A DNA stretch of 64,000 nt, from contig CAYMUY010000022.1 of NCBI GenBank assembly GCA_964393825.1, positions 4,074 to 68,073 of the forward strand, in the 5' to 3' direction. A program made the translations under genes and the position numbers. The notes beneath the pieces were generated by a model that was not told the origin of the DNA, made no database searches, and was given only the letters and a program-made list of their open reading frames with translations. Numbering within the stretch: position 1 is the first letter of the stretch; every line of letters begins with the position of its first letter. Origin of the DNA: an uncultured Thiobacillus sp. (GTDB lineage: Bacteria; Pseudomonadota; Gammaproteobacteria; Burkholderiales; Thiobacillaceae). This document shows positions 59,318 through 64,000 of this stretch, piece by piece.

Positions 59318-60195
59318 AGGCCCGTTTCCGTGTCAAACACCTCAGCCGCTATCGCTACGGCCATGGCGTCGGCCTCAACTACTCCGAGGCGCGCCTGCTG
59401 CCGCGCGACACGCCGGGTCAACGCGTCCTGGAACGGCACCTGGAACTCGACCCGGTGCCGGACGATTACCGCGAGCGCGATGATGTCTGGGGCAATCGCG
59501 TCGCCTGGTTCATGACGCGGCGTCCGCACCAGGCCTTGAGCGTCACCGCCCACGCCGTGGTGGAGCGCGAACTCATGGCGGCTCCGCCCGCTTCCGCCGC
59601 CTGGGAAAACGTGGCTGCCCGCCTGGCGCAACCCGAAGCGGACGCCATCGCCGCCCGTGAGTTCAGCCTGGAATCGCCCATGCTTCCGCCGCACCAGGGC
59701 GCCACCGACTACGCCCGCAGCAGTTTCCCACCGGGGCGGCCCCTGCTCGACGCGGTGGCGGACCTGACCGCGCGCATCCACGCCGACTTCCAGTACCGCC
59801 CCGATGCCACCCACATCGATACGCCACTCGACGACATCCTGCGGGAACGCCATGGCGTCTGCCAGGACTTTGCCCATCTCGCCCTCGCCGGCCTGCGTGG
59901 CATGGGCCTCGCCGCGCGCTACGTGAGCGGCTATCTGGAAACCCTGCCGCCCGCGGGCATGCCGGCCCTGGAAGGCGCCGATGCCACCCACGCCTGGATC
60001 AGCGTCTGGCTGCCCGAATGGGGATGGTACGATTTCGACCCCACCAACGGCGTCGCGGCGGGCCTCGGTCATCTCATCCTCGCCTGGGGCCGCGACTTCA
60101 GCGACGTCACGCCGCTCAAGGGGGTGATCCGCGGCAGCGGCTCGCACACCCTGGAAGTCGGTGTCACGGTCACCCGACTCGTCAACGAAACATGA
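59314..60195 (+). CDS. transglutaminase-family protein (Bact_transglu_N + transglutaminase core)
   Basis: GVCQDFAHLALAGLRGMGLAARYVSGYL and THAWISVWLPEWGWYDFDPTNG. ATGA overlap with the upstream gene. Confidence 0.85.
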   Translation: MKARFRVKHLSRYRYGHGVGLNYSEARLLPRDTPGQRVLERHLELDPVPDDYRERDDVWGNRVAWFMTRRPHQALSVTAHAVVERELMAAPPASAAWENVAARLAQPEADAIAAREFSLESPMLPPHQGATDYARSSFPPGRPLLDAVADLTARIHADFQYRPDATHIDTPLDDILRERHGVCQDFAHLALAGLRGMGLAARYVSGYLETLPPAGMPALEGADATHAWISVWLPEWGWYDFDPTNGVAAGLGHLILAWGRDFSDVTPLKGVIRGSGSHTLEVGVTVTRLVNET

Positions 60196-60920
60196 CCCGA
60201 CGCAAACTCATTCTGCTCAAGGCCGGCAGTACTTTTCCGGACCTCATCCCCCGCCTCGGCGACTTCGACAGCTGGCTGCTGCCTGGACTCGGCCTCCCCG
60301 ACGATCAGCTGGAAATCCTGGATATCTGGCGCGATGCAGCGCTGCCACCTCCCGAGGCCTGCGCGGGCGTCATCATGACCGGCGCCCACGCGATGGTGAC
60401 GGACAGGCTGCCCTGGATGCGCCGCGCGCTCGACTGGCTGCCGCGCCTGGTGGCCGCGGAGGTACCCTACCTCGGTATCTGCTTCGGCCACCAGATGCTC
60501 GCCGAGGCGATGGGGGGCCGCGTCGACTTCCATCCCGGCGGCAGGGAAATCGGCTGCGTCGACCTGCACCTGTATCCCGCGTGTGCCGGGGATGCCCTGT
60601 TTCACGACCTGCCCGAACAGTTCCCCGCGCTTGCCGTGCATGCCCAGAGCGTGCGCAAACTACCCCCGGGCGCCACGCTGCTGGCCGGCAATGACTACGA
60701 ACCACACCACGCCTTTCGCGTCGGCACCCACGCCTGGGGCATCCAGTTCCACCCGGAATTCAACCGGGAACGCATGGATGCCTACGTCCATCATCTCTCC
60801 CTGCAACTCTGCGCGGCCGGGCGGGATTGCCAGGAGATTCGCGCCAGGCTCTGCGACACGCCGATCGCCGCCAGCCTGCTGCCACGCTTCGCGGCGTTGG
60901 CCCAGACACGCATGGCATGA
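60192..60920 (+). CDS. class I glutamine amidotransferase-like protein
   Basis: Nucleophile elbow GICFGHQML and HAWGIQFHPEF (His-Glu). ATG 60192 overlaps the upstream stop (ATGA). Confidence 0.8.
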   Translation: MTRRKLILLKAGSTFPDLIPRLGDFDSWLLPGLGLPDDQLEILDIWRDAALPPPEACAGVIMTGAHAMVTDRLPWMRRALDWLPRLVAAEVPYLGICFGHQMLAEAMGGRVDFHPGGREIGCVDLHLYPACAGDALFHDLPEQFPALAVHAQSVRKLPPGATLLAGNDYEPHHAFRVGTHAWGIQFHPEFNRERMDAYVHHLSLQLCAAGRDCQEIRARLCDTPIAASLLPRFAALAQTRMA

Positions 60921-61133
60921 ACCAGCTTCCTGACTTGCCACGCTCGCTTCGCCAAAGGGGGAGGTCCATTCCTTCGCAACGACCGTGCGGAACCGACATG
61001 ACCTAGATCAAATAAACCAGTCGATTCCCCTAATAATTAGCCAGCAATGCAACCCAATTGTCATTTCTCCGCGTTACCATTGCGGTCCGGCCGAAAAAAC
61101 AACGGCACGGCAACAATATGGACGGAGACAACA

Positions 61134-61391
61134 ATGAAATCACTCGATCAAGTGGCGCTCGCGCCACAGCTCAAGGAGCGGCGACGCAATCCACAACTGC
61201 GCCAGCACTTCGAAGCGGCGCATACCCTGCTGACCCCCCTGCTCGGCAATCCTGAAAGCCACACTGGCGCGGCCTTCTACCGGGCCATGCATCAGCTGCA
61301 AACCGCGTTCCCGCAGATGTCGGTCAACGAAATCGAAGCCCTGGTCGCCGCCGTCGTTCGCACCGTGCAGACCCGCGCCAGCGGGCGCTGA
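61134..61391 (+). CDS. 85-aa helical hypothetical protein
   Basis: GGAGA 5 nt upstream of ATG 61134, with an AT-rich spacer upstream. No recognisable motif. Confidence 0.5.
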   Translation: MKSLDQVALAPQLKERRRNPQLRQHFEAAHTLLTPLLGNPESHTGAAFYRAMHQLQTAFPQMSVNEIEALVAAVVRTVQTRASGR

Positions 61392-61503
61392 TCCCGCGCC
61401 ATCACGGGATCAGCGGCTGACGCCGCCGGCTGGCGGTGCGCGGCGCGGCAGCCGGTATGATGGTCGTTTTCCAGCACGGCGAACCCCGCACGAGGCACCC
61501 GGA

Positions 61504-63036
61504 TTGATCGACCCGATCGCCAACACCCTGGCTTATCACGCCCGCACCAAACATCACCTCGACCGCTACGCCGCCGGCCCCGGTTCACTCGACTGGGATG
61601 CGCAACCCGACCCGTTCCGGCGCTGGCGCGGCGCGACGGTCACCCCCCTGCCGCGTGAAGTCATGGCCAGCCATCTGCTCTGGCCGCAACTCGACCTGCC
61701 CCACCCGGCGCACGCCTTCACCCCGCGGACGCTCGGCTCCCTGTTGCGCCTGTGCGCCGGCATCACCGCCTGGAAACAATACGGCCCCAACCGCTGGTCG
61801 CTGCGCGCCCATCCTTCCTCTGGCAACCTCCACCCCACGGAAACCTGGCTGATCTGCAGCGATGTTCCGGGCCTGGCGAACGGTGTGCACCACTATCAGG
61901 CACGCGATCACAGCCTCGAACAACGCGGCGGCAACGGCGGTGGCGTCCCCGGCGTCTGGCTGGGCTACAGTTCCATCCCCTGGCGCGAGGCCTGGAAGTA
62001 CGGTGAACGCGCCTTTCGCTACTGCCAGCTCGACCTGGGCCATGTCCTCGCCGCGCTTGCCTATGCCGCCGCGCTGCACGGCTGGCAACCCCGCCTGCTG
62101 GCGCTCGATCCGGCGGCGGTGGCGGCCCATCTCGGCCTCGACCGCACGGCCGATTTCGCCGGTGTCGAACCCGAGGAAGGGGAGGTCATCGTCAGCCTGA
62201 CGCCCGCTGAAACCCCACCGCCGACCTGGCGCAACTGGGATGGCCAACCCAGCCTGCTCGACCCGAAACCGATGTACCAGTGGCCGGTGATCGAGGAAGT
62301 GGCGGCGGCCACGCGCGGCCCCCTGCCGGCCAGCTCAGCGGCGGATCCCGACACGGCCAGGCATGTCGTCCCCTCCGTCTCCCGCCATGCCGCCACGCAA
62401 GTCATTCTGCAACGCCGTAGCGCACAAGCCTTCGACGGCAAGAGCGTGATGCCCCATGACGTCTTCCGCCGTCTCCTCGCCGCCCTCCTCCCGGGGGGAT
62501 CACCGGTGTGGCGCCTCTGGCCACATGCGCCGCGGGTCCACCCCATCATCCTGGCGCACCGTGTCGAAGGCGTGAAACCCGGCCTCTACGCCCTGCCCCG
62601 CTCGACTGCCGCCCAAAGCGCCCTTGCGGACGCCATGCCGGACCTGTTCACCTGGACCCCGGTCGACCCGGAACTGCCGCTGCATCTGCTCCTGGCCGCC
62701 AAAGCCGAACGTACCGCCCGCACCCTCTCCTGCCACCAGGACATTGCCTCCCACGGTGCCGCCACTTTCCTGTTCATCGCGGAGTTCGCCGCCCCCATCC
62801 AGGACAACCCCGCCGCCTGGCGCCATCTGCACTGGGAAGCCGGCATGCTCGGCCACTGCCTCACCCTCGAAGCCGAAGCTGCCGGCTGGCGCGGTACCGG
62901 CATCGGCTGCTTCTTCGACGACGCGGTCCATGAAGTCCTGGGATTACAGGACACGCGCTACCAGGTCGTCTATCACTTCGCCATCGGCATGCCCATCGAC
63001 GACCCGAGGCTACTGACCCTGCCCGCATATGAATGA
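61504..63036 (+). CDS. tandem nitroreductase-fold protein (SagB-type dehydrogenase-like)
   Basis: 510 aa. N-terminus IANTLAYHARTKHHLDRY and two nitroreductase-like halves (SSGNLHPTE...; C-terminal HWEAGMLGHCLTLEAEAAGWRGTGIGCFFDD). TTG start at 61504, since no in-frame ATG is nearby. Confidence 0.65.
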   Translation: MIDPIANTLAYHARTKHHLDRYAAGPGSLDWDAQPDPFRRWRGATVTPLPREVMASHLLWPQLDLPHPAHAFTPRTLGSLLRLCAGITAWKQYGPNRWSLRAHPSSGNLHPTETWLICSDVPGLANGVHHYQARDHSLEQRGGNGGGVPGVWLGYSSIPWREAWKYGERAFRYCQLDLGHVLAALAYAAALHGWQPRLLALDPAAVAAHLGLDRTADFAGVEPEEGEVIVSLTPAETPPPTWRNWDGQPSLLDPKPMYQWPVIEEVAAATRGPLPASSAADPDTARHVVPSVSRHAATQVILQRRSAQAFDGKSVMPHDVFRRLLAALLPGGSPVWRLWPHAPRVHPIILAHRVEGVKPGLYALPRSTAAQSALADAMPDLFTWTPVDPELPLHLLLAAKAERTARTLSCHQDIASHGAATFLFIAEFAAPIQDNPAAWRHLHWEAGMLGHCLTLEAEAAGWRGTGIGCFFDDAVHEVLGLQDTRYQVVYHFAIGMPIDDPRLLTLPAYE

Positions 63037-63155
63037 AACATGGACAGCCACATCACACTCGCGGTCAGCCGGGACGTCACCCCGAACCTGGCAAGCGAGT
63101 GGGATGCCGCATCAAATCCAGCTCACCCGCCACCCCCAACGATCAGGAGCCCCTT

Positions 63156-63617
63156 GTGAAAAAAGCGATCGCAACCTTGTCCCTCACCCTGCTGGCATTC
63201 GCCGGCCAGTCCCACGCGGACGCCGACGCCCGGAAAGAAGCGGAAATCATGCTGACCGGTCTGGGCATGGAAACCGTCCTGGAGCAATCCATCGAGGAAA
63301 CGTTGAATATGCAACTTGAACAGCGGCCCAAGCTCGTGCCGTTCAAGGGCGTCATGCTCGGCTTCTTGAAGAAATACATGAGCTTCGAAAGCCTCAAGCA
63401 GGACATGATCGACATCTACGCGGACGCCTTCACCGCCCCGGAACTTCGTGAAATCAACGCCTTCTACCGCACCCCGACCGGCACCAAGGCCATCAGGCTC
63501 ATGCCCGAACTCATGGCCAAGGGCGGGCAACTGGGCGCGCGGAAAGTCCAGGACCACATGGAAGAACTGCAACAACTGATCACAGCGGAAGCAAAACGCC
63601 TCAAGGAGCAACGCTGA
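63156..63617 (+). CDS. secreted DUF2059-like protein
   Basis: GTG 63156 lies 6 nt after AGGAG. Signal peptide KKAIATLSLTLLAFAGQSHA, and FTAPELREINAFYRTPTG typical of DUF2059. Confidence 0.65.
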   Translation: MKKAIATLSLTLLAFAGQSHADADARKEAEIMLTGLGMETVLEQSIEETLNMQLEQRPKLVPFKGVMLGFLKKYMSFESLKQDMIDIYADAFTAPELREINAFYRTPTGTKAIRLMPELMAKGGQLGARKVQDHMEELQQLITAEAKRLKEQR

Positions 63618-63639
63618 GGGAGTCGTCCGTGCGGTGAGG

Positions 63640-64000
63640 CTACTTCCGCCGTCCGGCCCGCGCCTCGACTTCAAACACGTTGTCCAGGTAGGGATGCCGG
63701 TGTTGCACCCAGGCCCATAGGCTTGCCAACGGATAAGCGACCAGGAACAACACGCCCCAGCGTTCATATTGAGCGACGTGCACCCGCTCATGTCGGCGGG
63801 TGTCATCCAGGGCCGCGCTGGAACGGGCCAGCACGACATGGCCGAAGGTGATGGCCGCGACCGGGCCGGAGCCGGGCAGGTGCCGCGACAGGAGCCAGCC
63901 GGGCACGCCGCCGGCAACTTCCAGCACGCCGCCATGCCAGCGCATCCGCCCACGTCCGGCGATCAGCGTGGCGGCCAGCAACAGGCCGACCAGGCTGGCC
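63640..64000 (-). CDS. hypothetical membrane-associated protein with an HExxH-like string, 5' end outside the window
   Basis: The frame stays open to nt 64000, upstream of the track TTG at 63981. Contains HERVHVAQYERWG. Confidence 0.45.
   Translation of the reverse strand, partial: ASLVGLLLAATLIAGRGRMRWHGGVLEVAGGVPGWLLSRHLPGSGPVAAITFGHVVLARSSAALDDTRRHERVHVAQYERWGVLFLVAYPLASLWAWVQHRHPYLDNVFEVEARAGRRK

Overview
High-GC chromosomal segment (roughly two-thirds G+C by eye). The housekeeping gene order is typical of Betaproteobacteria; the organism cannot be identified from the sequence alone. All product names come from motifs and families recognised by eye, with no database search.

Layout:
1. 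nt 2-8741, + strand. A tightly packed five-gene accessory operon that looks like a defence module. It holds two large proteins, an embedded wHTH-nucleotidyltransferase/HEPN-like pair, and a 1659-aa protein with a PD-(D/E)xK-like motif and a C-terminal HerA/FtsK-type ATPase. It resembles DptFGH by architecture only.
2. nt 8877-30391, all on the - strand. A conserved core block: metZ-purF-cvpA-dedD-folC-accD-trpA-[hicB hicA]-trpB-trpF-truA-(membrane protein)-fimV-(asd paralogue)-asd-leuB-[PIN toxin/antitoxin]-leuD-(53-aa entericidin-like lipoprotein, absent from the ORF track)-leuC-cimA. Two toxin-antitoxin pairs are therefore wedged inside the trp and leu gene strings.
3. nt 30570-46842. A type II secretion system split into two - strand operons (gspCDEF and gspGHIJKLMN). 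They flank two + strand secreted-protein genes and a repeat-containing spacer of about 440 bp. The two genes encode a 3xFN3 + FGE/SUMF1-like lipoprotein and a prenyltransferase-like toroid protein with a [11 protein letters not shown]-terminal anchor module.
4. An MFS transporter and aroC.
5. nt 49416-63617, + strand. A periplasmic binding protein overlapping a membrane PAS-GGDEF-EAL protein. Then an operon of transglutaminase/DUF2126, circularly permuted ATP-grasp/alpha-E, transglutaminase and glutamine amidotransferase, of unknown function. Then a small helical protein, a tandem-nitroreductase (SagB-like) protein and a DUF2059-like protein.

A REP-like element (core GTAGCGCCGGC) recurs in three intergenic spacers. 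I recognised no rRNA, tRNA, CRISPR array, transposase or integrase.
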